A DNA stretch of 64,000 nucleotides from a bacterium (GCA_030693325.1 JAUYAV010000019.1:1324-65323); one strand, 5' to 3'. Shown: positions 28,246 to 38,775, numbered from the stretch's first letter. Notes: a model not told the origin generated them from the sequence alone. Program-made: numbers and translations.

Positions 28246-29790
28246 TTATCTGGTTTCTTCTCTGACTCGGTATTGATAGGCCTCGGCTAAATGGTCGGCG
28301 GTGATTTTTTCCGAATTTTCAAAATCGGCGATGGTCCGGCTGATTTTTAAAATCCGGTAATAACTGCGGCCGGAAAGAAAAGTTTTTTCCAAAACATTTT
28401 TCAAAAAGTTTTCCGCTGAAGCGTCAAAATTAGCCGCGGCTTCCACTTGCTTGGAAGTCATTTCGCTGTTGGTGTAAATTTTCGGCTGGAAATTTTGGAA
28501 ACGCCGGGCTTGGATTTCTCTGGCGGCCGCGATTTTCTCTTTTAAAGTTTTATTGGCTTCGCCGGCTGAGGAATTTTTATTTCTTAATTCGCTGATTTCC
28601 ACCCGCGGCACTTCAATCTGGATATCAATGCGGTCCAGGAGCGGTCCGGAGATTTTTTTTTGATAACGGAAAACATCATAAGCGCTGCAGCGGCATTCTT
28701 TTTGCGGGTCGCCGAAATAACCGCAGGGACAGGGATTCATCGCCGCTATCAGAGAAAAATTTGCCGGAAAAGTCAAAGATTTTTTGGCGCGGCTGATATT
28801 AATAAATCCGTTTTCAAGCGGCTGGCGCAGGCTTTCCAAAAGGTCGCGGTGGAATTCCGGAAATTCATCTAAAAATAACAGGCCGCGGTGGGCCAAACTG
28901 ATTTCTCCGGGTCTGGGATTGGTTCCGCCGCCGACAAGAGAAACCAAAGAAGAACTGTGATGCGGCGACCGGAAAGGCCGATAATTAATAAAAGAATTTT
29001 TTAAAGATAATCCCGCGGCGGAATAAATTTGATTGATTTCAATGGCTTCGCTTAAAGAAAGCGGCGGCAGAAGAGAAATTAAGGCCTGGGCCATCATGGT
29101 TTTGCCGGTGCCGGGCGGACCGATCATTAAAAGATTGTGGCCGCCTGCCGCGGCGATAGCCATGGCCCGTTTGGCGTTTTCCTGGCCCTTGATATCGCCA
29201 AAATCCGTCAGAGAAAATTGGTTGTCGGGAATAAAATCAGTGGCGGGTTGAGTCGGAATAATCGCCCGGTTTTCCAGATGATTGATTAAGTCGCAAAGAT
29301 TTTTTACGGGAATAACGGAAATTTCTTTAACAATCGCCGCTTCGGCGGCGTTGGCTTCTGGCGCAAAAACATATTTGAAACCCAATTTTTTTGCCAATTG
29401 GGCAATATTCAAACCGCCGTTGATGGGCCGCAGGCCGCCGTCTAACGAAAGTTCGCCCACAAAAATTTTGTCTTTGGTCTCAAACTCTTTGACTTGCTCG
29501 CTGGCTAAAAGATAAGCCAAGGCGATGGCCAAATCAAATTGCGAGCCGGTTTTTTTGATGTCCGCCGGCGCCAGATTAACGGTGATGCGCCGGTTTTCTT
29601 TAGTTGGCGGGTTAATGCCGCTGTTTTTCAAAGCCGAATTAACCCGCTCTTTAGCTTCGGAAACCGCTTTATCCGCCAAACCGACAATATTAAAAGCGTG
29701 GAGACCGACATTGATATCGGTCTCCACTTCAATTAATTCCGCGTTAATACCGTCAAGTTCGGCTGAAAATATTCTGGCCGGGCCTTTCAT
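28246..29790 (-). CDS. comM: YifB/ComM Mg-chelatase-like AAA+ ATPase
   Basis: IVGLAD, NLAPADIKK.G..FDLAIA, GELSLDG, GPPGTGKTM, PFRSPHH, PGEISLAH, AMNPCPCG, SGPLLDRID. Confidence 0.93.
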   Translation of the reverse strand: MKGPARIFSAELDGINAELIEVETDINVGLHAFNIVGLADKAVSEAKERVNSALKNSGINPPTKENRRITVNLAPADIKKTGSQFDLAIALAYLLASEQVKEFETKDKIFVGELSLDGGLRPINGGLNIAQLAKKLGFKYVFAPEANAAEAAIVKEISVIPVKNLCDLINHLENRAIIPTQPATDFIPDNQFSLTDFGDIKGQENAKRAMAIAAAGGHNLLMIGPPGTGKTMMAQALISLLPPLSLSEAIEINQIYSAAGLSLKNSFINYRPFRSPHHSSSLVSLVGGGTNPRPGEISLAHRGLLFLDEFPEFHRDLLESLRQPLENGFINISRAKKSLTFPANFSLIAAMNPCPCGYFGDPQKECRCSAYDVFRYQKKISGPLLDRIDIQIEVPRVEISELRNKNSSAGEANKTLKEKIAAAREIQARRFQNFQPKIYTNSEMTSKQVEAAANFDASAENFLKNVLEKTFLSGRSYYRILKISRTIADFENSEKITADHLAEAYQYRVREETR

Positions 29791-30123
29791 TTATTTTTTT
29801 ACTAATTTTTTGCATTTTTGGCAAAGCCGGGATGCCGGATAGATTCTTAAAATAATCCAGGAAATTTTTTTGCCGCAACTTTCGCAGATTCCGTATTTGC
29901 CCATTTCTATTTTCTGCAGTGTTTCGTTGATGCCTTCCAGTTTGTTTCTTAAAACCTGCTGGATGCCGAGATGCGTTCCGAATTCTTCAGCTTCGTCGGT
30001 TTCTTCAGCGCCGCGGTCTATCTCATCGCCGAATTCCGGAGGCATAGCCAGGGATTTAATCTCGGTTTCAATCGCTTTCTTTTCTTTCTCCAATTTTGCT
30101 TTTATTGAATTTAATGAAAACAT
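29791..30123 (-). CDS. TraR/DksA C4 zinc-finger protein
   Basis: Coiled coil then YGICESCGKKI...RLCQKC. Confidence 0.85.
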   Translation of the reverse strand: MFSLNSIKAKLEKEKKAIETEIKSLAMPPEFGDEIDRGAEETDEAEEFGTHLGIQQVLRNKLEGINETLQKIEMGKYGICESCGKKISWIILRIYPASRLCQKCKKLVKK

Positions 30124-30124
30124 T

Positions 30125-31177
30125 TTATTGAAGTTTTTTTAGAATTTCTACAAGACCGGCGTAAGAGGTGCTGATAACAAGTTTATCGTTAACCCAGCCG
30201 TAATTTATAGCCGCTCCGGTTTTGGGAAAAACCAAATAGCGGGTATTAATTGTCGGGTTGCCGGCTTTGCCGTCTTTAAAAACCGCGACAATTGGGCTGG
30301 TGTTTTCAAGAAAGATATTTTGTAAGCTGGCTGATGCTTCTAGGTTTTGTTTCATTGAGGTCTGGGACTGGAATAAAGTGGAACTTGAAGTTAATTGGGC
30401 GACATAGCCGGGCCAGACTCCGTTTTGGTCAACAAAAACCATGGCGGTGAAATTTTCCTGGAAAATCGCGGCGATATCTTCGCTTTTTATTTCTGGCAAA
30501 AGAACGGGAATGAATTTATAGAAAGCGACCAATGATTGGTCCGGGTTCCGTAAAATTACTTCCTTGAGATTATTTGCCTGGGTGGTACTGGCCGCGTCGG
30601 TTAAGGCATTTTTAATATTATCCAAGGTTAGGATGGAAACAATTTTTTCTTCCTGGAGAGTGCTTGTTGTTTTTAACAAAGAAACATATTGGGGCGCGGG
30701 CGTTAGGGCCGGAGCTACTGCTACCGGAGGAATAACGGGAGGCGTTAGGGCCGGAGCCGCGATTTGTTTTTTGTTGATAAAATAATAAATTGCTCCCGCG
30801 GTAATCGCCGCCAAAATCAAAATTATTGAAGTTATTAAAACTTTTGATGTTTTTTTCTTGGGTTTATTTCCTATTTCTGCTTGAGCCGGTTTTTGTTTCG
30901 GCGGAAGAGGGCTGATAATAGCGCCGGGCTGAAAAATCGGTTCTTCGGGTCCGGTATATCCTGAAATATTTGACTCCAGTTCAGCCGGCTGAAAAGAAAT
31001 TTCTTCCGGCGCCGAGGTTTCTTTCTTTTGTCCTTGGCCCAGTTCAGTCGTGTAGGGCTGTGGAGCTTGGCCGCCGCTTTCTTGGATGGAGTTAATATCC
31101 GACTGCATGGTTCGCACACTTACTTTAGAAGGAGGAGGGCCTGGAATTTCTTTTTTTTCTTCAAATTGATTTTCCAT
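30125..31177 (-). CDS. Membrane-anchored hypothetical protein
   Basis: VRTMQSD motif, central TM helix, Pro-rich linker. Confidence 0.65.
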   Translation of the reverse strand: MENQFEEKKEIPGPPPSKVSVRTMQSDINSIQESGGQAPQPYTTELGQGQKKETSAPEEISFQPAELESNISGYTGPEEPIFQPGAIISPLPPKQKPAQAEIGNKPKKKTSKVLITSIILILAAITAGAIYYFINKKQIAAPALTPPVIPPVAVAPALTPAPQYVSLLKTTSTLQEEKIVSILTLDNIKNALTDAASTTQANNLKEVILRNPDQSLVAFYKFIPVLLPEIKSEDIAAIFQENFTAMVFVDQNGVWPGYVAQLTSSSTLFQSQTSMKQNLEASASLQNIFLENTSPIVAVFKDGKAGNPTINTRYLVFPKTGAAINYGWVNDKLVISTSYAGLVEILKKLQ

Positions 31178-31208
31178 AAAATTTAAAAGTAATTTTTAGT
31201 AATTTCGA

Positions 31209-33251
31209 CTACTTTAATGATAAACCAATTTTGCCTTCAGGGTCAACGCGGATAACTTTTGCCTTCACCCGGTCGCCGAGCTTGACTACGTCTTCAACTT
31301 TATTCACATATCCTTCTTTCAATTCCGAAACATGAATCATTCCGTCTCTTCCAGCGCCCAAATCCACAATCGCTCCGAAATCCAAAACTCTTATCACTTC
31401 GCCTTCAACAATTTCGCCGACTTTATATTCTTTGACAATAGCTTTTATCTGGTCTAACGCCATTTGAGCCTGTTCTTTATTGGGAGCGGAGATGAAAATT
31501 TTTCCGTCTTGTTCCACGTCAATAGTGGTTTCGCCGCCGGTTGCCTGAACGATGCCCTGAATAACCCGGCCTCCGGGGCCGATCACCGCTCCGATTTTTT
31601 TCGGTTCAATTTCAAAAGTTAAAACTGCCGGAGCGAAAGGAGAGAGTTCCGGCCGGGCCTGGGATAAAGTTTGTTCTATTAGTCCAAGAATTTCGCCGTG
31701 AGCTTTTTGGGCTTGCGCTAAAGTTTTTCCAAAAATTTCTTGATTGATGCCGTCAATTTTGACGTCCATTTGAATGGCGGTTAAACCGTTCCGGGTGCCG
31801 GCCACTTTCAAATCCATATCGCCGTAATGATCTTCCGGTCCTTGAATATCGGTCAAAATTTTATATTGGTTTTCGCCGATTATTAAACCCATGGCGATGC
31901 CAGCCGCAGGTTTTTTTATTGGCACGCCGGCGTCCATCAAAGAAAGCGAACCGGCGCAAACCGAAGCCATGGAGGAAGAGCCGTTGGAAGATAAAATTTC
32001 CGAAACCAACCTAATTGTGTAAGGGAATTCTTCAACCGGCGGAATCAAATAACGAAGAGCTTTTTCCGCCAAAAGTCCGTGTCCGATTTCTCGGCGGCCG
32101 GGACCGCGGGAAGAGCCGGTTTCACCGACCGAGTACGCCGGGAAATTATAATGAAGCATAAAACGTTTTTTTCCGGAAAATTCCATTGATTCCACTAATT
32201 GCTCCGCTCCGGGCGCCGCTAGAGTTGTGATAGCGAGGGATTGAGTGTCGCCTCGGACAAAAAGCGCTGAACCGTGAGTTCTTTTGAAAAGACCGGTTTC
32301 CGCGTAAAGCGGCCGCACTTCGTCCAGTTTTCGGCCATCCGGTCTTTGATCATTTTCTAAAATTTTTTGATGGACGATTTTGTCCACTTCTTCTTCAAGA
32401 ATTTTATCAGCCCAGTCTTTGGCGCCGATTTCTTCTTTTAAATAATCCAAAAGCTCGGCTTTAAGTTCGTCCGAAAGATTATTTCTTTGACTTTTTGAAT
32501 TTTGATAAACGGCTTTTTCCAAACGGTCGCTAAGAAAATCAAGAATTTTCTTTTTGAGTTCTTCCGGCGCTTCCGCTAATTTTAATTCGGCTTTTTCCTG
32601 CCCCAAAGTTTTGATTACTCCTTTTTGAAAAGTGATTAACTCTTTAATTTTTTTCTGGCTGGATTCAAAAAATTCAATAGCGGTGTCGGCGGAAATTTCT
32701 TCGGCGCCGAGTTCAATCATATTGATTTTATCTTCGGTGCCCGCGAAAAAAGCGTCCACCTTGGGCTGGTCTTTAACGATTTTTATGCCGGCTACCGGTC
32801 CGCTCCAGGGAATATTGGAAATCGCCAAAGCCGTTGAAGCGGTTAAAAGCGCGATAAAATCAGGGTCATTTTCTCCGTCATAAGACAAAACCGTGGCTAC
32901 TACCTGAATCGCCCGGCGGATTCTTTGATCAAAAAGCGGCCGGATGGTCCGGTCAATCAAGCGACCGGAAAGAATGGCGCTATCCGAGGCCCTGCCTTCG
33001 CGGCGGATAAAACGGCTGCCGCCAATTTTTCCGGCGGCATAAAATTTTTCTTCGTAATCAACCACGAGCGGCAAATAATTTTTGAGTTCGTCATTTTTGC
33101 CCATCACTACGGTAACCAAAACCGCGGTGTCGCCGTATTTTCCCAAAACGGCGGCGTTGGCTTGGCATCCGAGGTCGGATACTTCCAAACTTAAGTTTTT
33201 GTTTTCAAATTCAGTTTGAAAAACTTGTTTTTTAAATTCTTTTATCGTCAT
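31209..33251 (-). CDS. pnp: Polyribonucleotide nucleotidyltransferase
   Basis: RLIDRTIRPLF, RPDGR, HGSALF.RG, HYNFP, RREIGHG, SNGSSSMAS, GDMDLKVAG, KH and S1 domains. Confidence 0.96.
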   Translation of the reverse strand: MTIKEFKKQVFQTEFENKNLSLEVSDLGCQANAAVLGKYGDTAVLVTVVMGKNDELKNYLPLVVDYEEKFYAAGKIGGSRFIRREGRASDSAILSGRLIDRTIRPLFDQRIRRAIQVVATVLSYDGENDPDFIALLTASTALAISNIPWSGPVAGIKIVKDQPKVDAFFAGTEDKINMIELGAEEISADTAIEFFESSQKKIKELITFQKGVIKTLGQEKAELKLAEAPEELKKKILDFLSDRLEKAVYQNSKSQRNNLSDELKAELLDYLKEEIGAKDWADKILEEEVDKIVHQKILENDQRPDGRKLDEVRPLYAETGLFKRTHGSALFVRGDTQSLAITTLAAPGAEQLVESMEFSGKKRFMLHYNFPAYSVGETGSSRGPGRREIGHGLLAEKALRYLIPPVEEFPYTIRLVSEILSSNGSSSMASVCAGSLSLMDAGVPIKKPAAGIAMGLIIGENQYKILTDIQGPEDHYGDMDLKVAGTRNGLTAIQMDVKIDGINQEIFGKTLAQAQKAHGEILGLIEQTLSQARPELSPFAPAVLTFEIEPKKIGAVIGPGGRVIQGIVQATGGETTIDVEQDGKIFISAPNKEQAQMALDQIKAIVKEYKVGEIVEGEVIRVLDFGAIVDLGAGRDGMIHVSELKEGYVNKVEDVVKLGDRVKAKVIRVDPEGKIGLSLK

Positions 33252-33763
33252 TAAACTTGTTTTTTGAGTAAAATTTTAGGAATGTCTTCCACCGCGGTGA
33301 AAGAATCAGCGTGTTCCTTAAGAGAGCCGGAAGTGGTTTTGCTGAAAGCGGCGACCTCAACTTGCTTTCCCAAACCCCATTTCAGATATTCAATCAAAGG
33401 CACAAAATCGCCGTCTCCCGTCACCAAAATCACCACATCCATGGAATCAGCCATTCTGATGGCGTCTACCGCCAAACCTACGTCCCAATCGGCTTTTTTT
33501 TGCCCTCCCGGATAAATCTGGAGGTCTTTAGTTCTTAATTCCAGGCCCATCTGGCTCAACGCTTCAAAAAATGATTTTTCGCCCAAAGCGGTCTCACTTT
33601 TGACCACGTAAGCCACCGCCCGGATAAGTTTGCGGTTGCCGACTAAGGTTCTAATTAGTTCTTTGAAATTAACCCGCGCCCGGTAAAGATTTTTAGCCGA
33701 ATGATAAAGATTTTGGATATCAATAAAAACACCTACTCGTTGGTCCTTATAAGCTATAGACAT
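33251..33763 (-). CDS. NYN domain (LabA/DUF88) protein
   Basis: FIDIQNLY, KADWDVGLAVD, TGDGDFVPL. Confidence 0.9.
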   Translation of the reverse strand: MSIAYKDQRVGVFIDIQNLYHSAKNLYRARVNFKELIRTLVGNRKLIRAVAYVVKSETALGEKSFFEALSQMGLELRTKDLQIYPGGQKKADWDVGLAVDAIRMADSMDVVILVTGDGDFVPLIEYLKWGLGKQVEVAAFSKTTSGSLKEHADSFTAVEDIPKILLKKQV

Positions 33764-33765
33764 TA

Positions 33766-34029
33766 TTATTTAAGATTTAATTCTTTAAAAATTTGGCCGC
33801 AGGTTTCTTTTTTATTTTTTCGCAGATAATCCATGAATCTTTTTCTTTGGCCGACCATTCTCAAAAGTCCCCGGCGGGAATGATGATCCTTGGGGCTGGT
33901 TTTTAAATGACCGATTAACTCTTCAATTTTTTTGGTCAAAAGTCCGACCTGAACTTCCGCCGAACCCGTGTCCGTTTCTTTCAATTGAAGTTTTCTGATA
34001 ATATTAATTCTCACTTGTTTCTTTAACAT
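33766..34029 (-). CDS. rpsO: 30S ribosomal protein S15
   Basis: DTGSAEVQV, KDHHSRRGLLRMVGQRKR. Confidence 0.96.
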   Translation of the reverse strand: MLKKQVRINIIRKLQLKETDTGSAEVQVGLLTKKIEELIGHLKTSPKDHHSRRGLLRMVGQRKRFMDYLRKNKKETCGQIFKELNLK

Positions 34030-34134
34030 TATAGGTATTATATAATAGAGTTGCTCAAAGTCAAATTTTCCGCTAAAATTCAGTATTGTTTTTATGTAAT
34101 TTAGTTTTTTAAAGTGTTTGAAAATTGTGGTAAT

Positions 34135-34206
34135 GGCCCCATCATCTAGTGGTTAGGATATTGGGTTTTCATCCCAAAAACACCGGTTCGACTCCGGTTG
34201 GGGCTA
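34135..34206 (+). tRNA. tRNA-Glu (TTC)
   Basis: Cloverleaf: GGCCCCA/TGGGGCT acceptor, TTGGG-TTTTCAT-CCCAA anticodon arm, GGTTCGACT. Confidence 0.92.
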
Positions 34207-34217
34207 CTATAAAATTT

Positions 34218-34730
34218 ATGGACGATATAAAACTCAATAAAAATATCAGAAGAGAAACTAAGGCCGACAATGAAATCACCTGGCAAGCGCCGGCTTTCAA
34301 GTATTACCACAAAGATGTTTCCTGGTATTGGATGAGTTTTATTATTGCCATTTTATTAATGGCCTTTGCCATTCTTCAGAAAAATTTTCTTTTCGCCGTT
34401 TTCATTTTTCTGGCGGAAATTTCGGTTTTAATTTTAGCCCGTCGCCAGCCGGAATTGCTTAAATTTAAAATTGACGATAAAGGCGTTACCGTCATTGATA
34501 AAACTTATCAATTTAACGATTTGGAAAAATTTTGTCTCCGGCCCGATATGGAAGACAAGAATTTTGAGGAGCTAATCCTTAAAAGGAAAACTCATTTTAA
34601 TCCTTATTTAAAGATTTTTATTGATATTAAAGTTTCTTCTCAGGTCCGCGATATTCTCAGCCAAAAATTAACAGAAGAAGAATATGAGGATTCTTTAATT
34701 GAAAGTATTTTCAAGTGGCTGAGGTTTTAA
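34218..34730 (+). CDS. Hypothetical membrane protein (start ATG 34218; longer ORF overlaps the tRNA)
   Basis: WQAPAF..Y.K...WYW, two TM helices. Confidence 0.7.
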   Translation: MDDIKLNKNIRRETKADNEITWQAPAFKYYHKDVSWYWMSFIIAILLMAFAILQKNFLFAVFIFLAEISVLILARRQPELLKFKIDDKGVTVIDKTYQFNDLEKFCLRPDMEDKNFEELILKRKTHFNPYLKIFIDIKVSSQVRDILSQKLTEEEYEDSLIESIFKWLRF

Positions 34731-34821
34731 GGCCGGATTTGACAACAATTTCGCAGTTGCTATCATAAAAGCATTATTAAAGGTCGCCTCGAAGGGCGAC
34801 TATTTTTATAAAAAAATAAAA

Positions 34822-36069
34822 ATGGATTTAAAAACTTTAGGTTCGGCTGTCAATCAGATTGCCGAGGAAAGAGGAATTGAGCCAAAAGAGGTCTTGTCTG
34901 GCATTGAAGAAGCAATCGCCGCGGCTTATAAAAAGCAATATCGGGAGCGCTCGGAAATCATCAAATCAAAATTTAGTTTGAAAACCGGAGCCCTGAATTT
35001 CTGGCAGGTAAAAATTGTTGTCGACGAGACCACAGTCAGAATAGAAGAAGCCGTGCCGGGAGAAGTTGCGCCCCGTTTTTTTGACCCGAGCCAGGAAGAA
35101 GAAAAGCCCAGATACAATCCCAGCCGGCATATTCTATTAGATGAAGCTAAAAAAATTAAGAAAGACGCGGTTATTGGCGAGGAATTGGAATTCCCCTTGG
35201 AAGAACACGAGGACTTCGGCCGTATTGCCGCTCAAACCGCCAAACAGGTGATTCTTCAAAAATTGAAAGAATCCGAACGGGAAGCGGTCCGCGTTGAGTT
35301 CCAGGGCAAAGAAGGTGAGGTTATGAGCGGCGTTGTCCAGCGTTTTGACCGCGGCAATGTTTACGTTGAGTTGGGCCGCGCTATCGGCATTATGTTTCCC
35401 AATGAATGTATCCCCGGCGAACATTATCGCATCAATGAGCGCTTGAGATTTCTTGTTTTGGCGGTTCAGGAAGACGCCAAACTGCCGGGCATCATTCTTT
35501 CAAGAAGCCATCCCAAATTCGTTGCTAAGCTTTTTGAGCTGGAAGTTCCGGAAATCGCCGAAGGAACAGTTGAAATAAAAGAAATGGCGCGGGAAGCAGG
35601 CCACCGCACTAAAGTCGCGGTTTATTCCAAAGAAGAAAAAGTTGACCCGGTGGGAAGCTTGGTGGGCCAGCGGGGCATGCGGGTGATGGCCGTGACTAAT
35701 GAACTGGGCAATGAAAAAATTGACATTATTGAATGGGCGCCGGAAACCGAAAAATTCATCGCCAATTCTTTTTCGCCGGCCAAAGTGATTTCGGTTGAAG
35801 TTTTGCCGCGGCGCGAAGCCCGGGTTTTCGTGGCCGAAGACCAATTGAGTTTGGCTTTGGGTAAAGGCGGCGAAAACGTGCGTCTGGCCGCCAAATTAAC
35901 TGGCTGGAGACTTGACGTTCGTTCCCAGTCCCGACCCGAAGAAATCCAGGCGGAAGGCGTGGCTGAAATTGAAGAAGCGATGGAAGAAGCTCCGGACGGA
36001 GAAGCCCCAAAAGAAACAAAAATTTCTGAACCGGTTGAAGAAACCGAAAAACTTGAGAAAACCGAATAA
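34822..36069 (+). CDS. nusA: Transcription factor NusA
   Basis: FGRIAAQTAKQVILQK, SRSHP, AREAGHRTKVAV, EKIDII, GKGGENVRLAAKLTGW. Confidence 0.96.
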   Translation: MDLKTLGSAVNQIAEERGIEPKEVLSGIEEAIAAAYKKQYRERSEIIKSKFSLKTGALNFWQVKIVVDETTVRIEEAVPGEVAPRFFDPSQEEEKPRYNPSRHILLDEAKKIKKDAVIGEELEFPLEEHEDFGRIAAQTAKQVILQKLKESEREAVRVEFQGKEGEVMSGVVQRFDRGNVYVELGRAIGIMFPNECIPGEHYRINERLRFLVLAVQEDAKLPGIILSRSHPKFVAKLFELEVPEIAEGTVEIKEMAREAGHRTKVAVYSKEEKVDPVGSLVGQRGMRVMAVTNELGNEKIDIIEWAPETEKFIANSFSPAKVISVEVLPRREARVFVAEDQLSLALGKGGENVRLAAKLTGWRLDVRSQSRPEEIQAEGVAEIEEAMEEAPDGEAPKETKISEPVEETEKLEKTE

Positions 36070-36153
36070 TTGCGTTAAGAATAAAAATTAACTAAAATAG
36101 ATTAATCAGAAATTACAGCAATTACTGTAATTACAGTAATTACGGAAATTAAT

Positions 36154-36780
36154 ATGAACAAAAAAACAATCAATCAACAAGAGGAAGAGGTTTTTAATCA
36201 GTATTTAATCCCGACCGTCATTGAAAAAGTTCCCGGCGGCGAGCGGGCTTATGATATTTATTCCCGTTTACTGAAAGAAAGAATTATTTTTTTGGCCGGG
36301 CCCATCAACGATGCCGTGGCTAATATAGTTATCGCCCAGCTTTTGTTTTTACAACATGAAGACCCCAAAAAAGACATCAGTCTCTATATAAACAGTCCGG
36401 GCGGTTCAGCCACCGCCGCTATGGCGATTTATGACACCATGCAGCACGTCAAGCCGGACGTTTCCACAATTTGTGTCGGGATGGCCGCCTCAGCCGCCGC
36501 GATTATTTTGGCTGCCGGCCAAAAAGGCAAAAGAATGGCCTTGCCTAATTCCGAAATTTTAATTCACCAGGTGATGGGCGGAGTCGAAGGTCAGGCCACC
36601 GAAGTTCAGATTGCCGCCAAACATATCCTTCTGGTCAAAAATCGTCTTAACCAAATTTTAGCCAAACACACCGGCCAGCCTATAGGCAAAATCGAAAAAG
36701 ACACCGACCGCGATTTTTTTCTTAATCCTCAGGAAGCGAGGGAATACGGTTTGATAGATCAAATTATCAAGACAAAATAA
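36154..36780 (+). CDS. clpP: ATP-dependent Clp protease proteolytic subunit
   Basis: [33 protein letters not shown]. Confidence 0.96.
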   Translation: MNKKTINQQEEEVFNQYLIPTVIEKVPGGERAYDIYSRLLKERIIFLAGPINDAVANIVIAQLLFLQHEDPKKDISLYINSPGGSATAAMAIYDTMQHVKPDVSTICVGMAASAAAIILAAGQKGKRMALPNSEILIHQVMGGVEGQATEVQIAAKHILLVKNRLNQILAKHTGQPIGKIEKDTDRDFFLNPQEAREYGLIDQIIKTK

Positions 36781-36857
36781 AAAATCATAAATCATGAAGC
36801 ATGGAGCGTAAAGCATAAAGCGCTTTTTCATGTTCTATGCTTCATGTTCCATGTTTT

Positions 36858-37682
36858 ATGTTCTATTATCTCAACGGAAAAATTGTTGAAAAAGACAAGG
36901 CCGTCATTCCAGTCAACGACCTCGGCCTGCTACGGGCTTACGGTGTTTTTGATTATTTAAAAACTTACAACCGGAGACCTTTTCATTCAGAAGACCATAT
37001 TAATCGGTTTTTCCGTTCCGCTTCCCGCTTTAATCTGAAAATTCCGGTTTCCAAAAAAGAATTACAGCGGATTATTTTTGAATTGCTCGCCAGGAATAAA
37101 TCTTTGGAAGAATTGAGTTTCCGGATGGTTTTGACCGGCGGCCAAACCGAAGACACCAAGACCTCCAAAAAACCCACCTTTTTTATTCTTGTTAACGAAG
37201 CCCATTCGTATCCCGAAGAAGTTTTTGAAAAGGGAATAAAATTGGCGACTCTGGATTACGGCCGGGAATTTCCGGAAATAAAAACCATTAATTATCTTTT
37301 GGCGGTTTCGCAATGGAAAAATATTTTGAAGAAAAAGGCTTCTGAAATTCTTTATATTTCCAAAGGAAAAGTTCTGGAGGCCTCCACTTCCAATTTCTTT
37401 ATGGTGAAAAATAAAGTTTTATTCACGCCGAAAAACGAAATTTTAGAAGGAGTCACCAGAAAATTAGTCATCAAACTGGCCAAAGAAAACAAAATCAAAG
37501 TTATTGAAAAAGATATTTCTTTGAAAGAAGTTTTAAAAGCCGATGAATGTTTTCTTACCGCTACCGACAAAGAAGTTTTGCCGGCAGTTAAAATTGATAA
37601 TCAAATTATCGGTAACGGCCGGCCCGGCGAACAAACCAAAAAACTCCTAAACTTATATAGAGAACTTAGAGATAATTTTTGA
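36858..37682 (+). CDS. Class IV aminotransferase (BCAT/D-amino acid aminotransferase-like); likely start 36858
   Basis: DLGLLRAYGVFD, H..RF..SA, KTINYL, EASTSNFF, LEGVTR, ADECF. Confidence 0.88.
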   Translation: MFYYLNGKIVEKDKAVIPVNDLGLLRAYGVFDYLKTYNRRPFHSEDHINRFFRSASRFNLKIPVSKKELQRIIFELLARNKSLEELSFRMVLTGGQTEDTKTSKKPTFFILVNEAHSYPEEVFEKGIKLATLDYGREFPEIKTINYLLAVSQWKNILKKKASEILYISKGKVLEASTSNFFMVKNKVLFTPKNEILEGVTRKLVIKLAKENKIKVIEKDISLKEVLKADECFLTATDKEVLPAVKIDNQIIGNGRPGEQTKKLLNLYRELRDNF

Positions 37683-37752
37683 GCGGGTAACGGGAGTCGA
37701 ACCCGTGTTGTCTGATTGGCAACCAGACGTAATACCGTTATACGATACCCGC
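37682..37752 (-). tRNA. tRNA-Gly (GCC)
   Basis: Reverse complement GCGGGTA...TCTGG-TTGCCAA-TCAGA...GGTTCGACTCCCGTTACCCGCT. Confidence 0.92.
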
Positions 37753-37801
37753 GTTTTCTTCTAATTGTTTGGCGGCACGCTTAGCGCGCCGTTTGCCACG
37801 C

Positions 37802-37999
37802 TTAGCGTGGCGATTGCTCCGTTGGTCCCTTTACCGAAGGAGCTCCGTCCGGACCTTTAAAGCCAGACGTTTCATTTTGGTTTTCCGGCGCCGGGACAGA
37901 TTTCTCTGCGGCGGTTTTCAACGACTGCGGCGTAAAAAAGAAATACAGGCCCAGCAAAACTATCAGAATAATAATATAAATAATAATTCTTTTCCACAT
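37802..37999 (-). CDS. Small single-pass membrane protein
   Basis: MWKR + TM helix; FKGP..P..KGP tail. Confidence 0.6.
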   Translation of the reverse strand: MWKRIIIYIIILIVLLGLYFFFTPQSLKTAAEKSVPAPENQNETSGFKGPDGAPSVKGPTEQSPR

Positions 38000-38050
38000 A
38001 GTAGTTGATTATACCAATTCCGGATTTTTCTGAAAAGGCGCGGGGGTTGA

Positions 38051-38182
38051 CCCCGTTAGAAGTCTATCAAATTCTGAGTTCAGTAATAATTAGCTGAGTC
38101 TTGCCTGAAATGGAAATTTAATTCATTATTCAGGAATAGAAAAAATTTATTAAATTTTTTCTGTCCAAGACTTCTAACGGGG
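38051..38182. mobile_element. MITE, homologous over its length to the murD copy (opposite orientation)
   Basis: CCCCGTTAGAAGTC...GACTTCTAACGGGG, TTGA duplicated; abuts TTGACA 38183. Confidence 0.85.
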
Positions 38183-38271
38183 TTGACAAAAATTTTATTT
38201 TTACTATACTATAAAAATTATATAGATCTTTAAAAATTTTAAACTATCCGTTTTAAACGAAAGGAGAAAAG

Positions 38272-38508
38272 ATGAAAAAGCCGAACCTTAATTTAAATGA
38301 GAGTGAAATTCATCAAATACTGGGAGGTGAAAAAATAGAAGAAATTTGCAACCGTCATTTACTTGCAGGCAATGAGAAAAAAACGATTAATCTTTTTTTT
38401 CAGGAAATCAGATTAAATAATTTAGAAAGGGCGAAGAGGGTCATTGCGGACATTTCTGATTTAATCAGTTTTCCGAAAAAAGAGAAAACCAAAATTAGCT
38501 GTTCTTAA
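38272..38508 (+). CDS. Hypothetical protein, 78 aa
   Basis: Promoter TTGACA 38183/TATACT 38205, SD AAGGAG, hairpin terminator at about 38541-38572. Confidence 0.6.
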   Translation: MKKPNLNLNESEIHQILGGEKIEEICNRHLLAGNEKKTINLFFQEIRLNNLERAKRVIADISDLISFPKKEKTKISCS

Positions 38509-38583
38509 AAGGCGCTTCAGTGTTTTAAAATGGAATTTCGCCCCGTCAATAAAATGACGGGGTTTATTTTTTAATAAAATGAA

Positions 38584-38661
38584 CCCCGTTAGAAATTCCA
38601 GAGATTTAATTTCAGGAAATTTTAATTTTCAAGATTAGCCCATTTGTGATTTCTAACGGGG
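38584..38661. mobile_element. Short (78-bp) MITE of the same TIR family
   Basis: CCCCGTTAGAAAT...ATTTCTAACGGGG, TGAA duplicated. Confidence 0.8.
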
Positions 38662-38702
38662 TGAATTAAAATTATCCCTATAACATCTATAACATATAGA
38701 CA

Positions 38703-38775
38703 GGGCGCTTAGCTCAGCTGGTAGAGCGTCGCATTTACACTGCGAAGGCCTGAGGTTCGAACCCTCAAGCGCCCA
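38703..38775 (+). tRNA. tRNA-Val (TAC)
   Basis: GGGCGCT acceptor, TCGCA-TTTACAC-TGCGA, GGTTCGAA. Confidence 0.93.
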
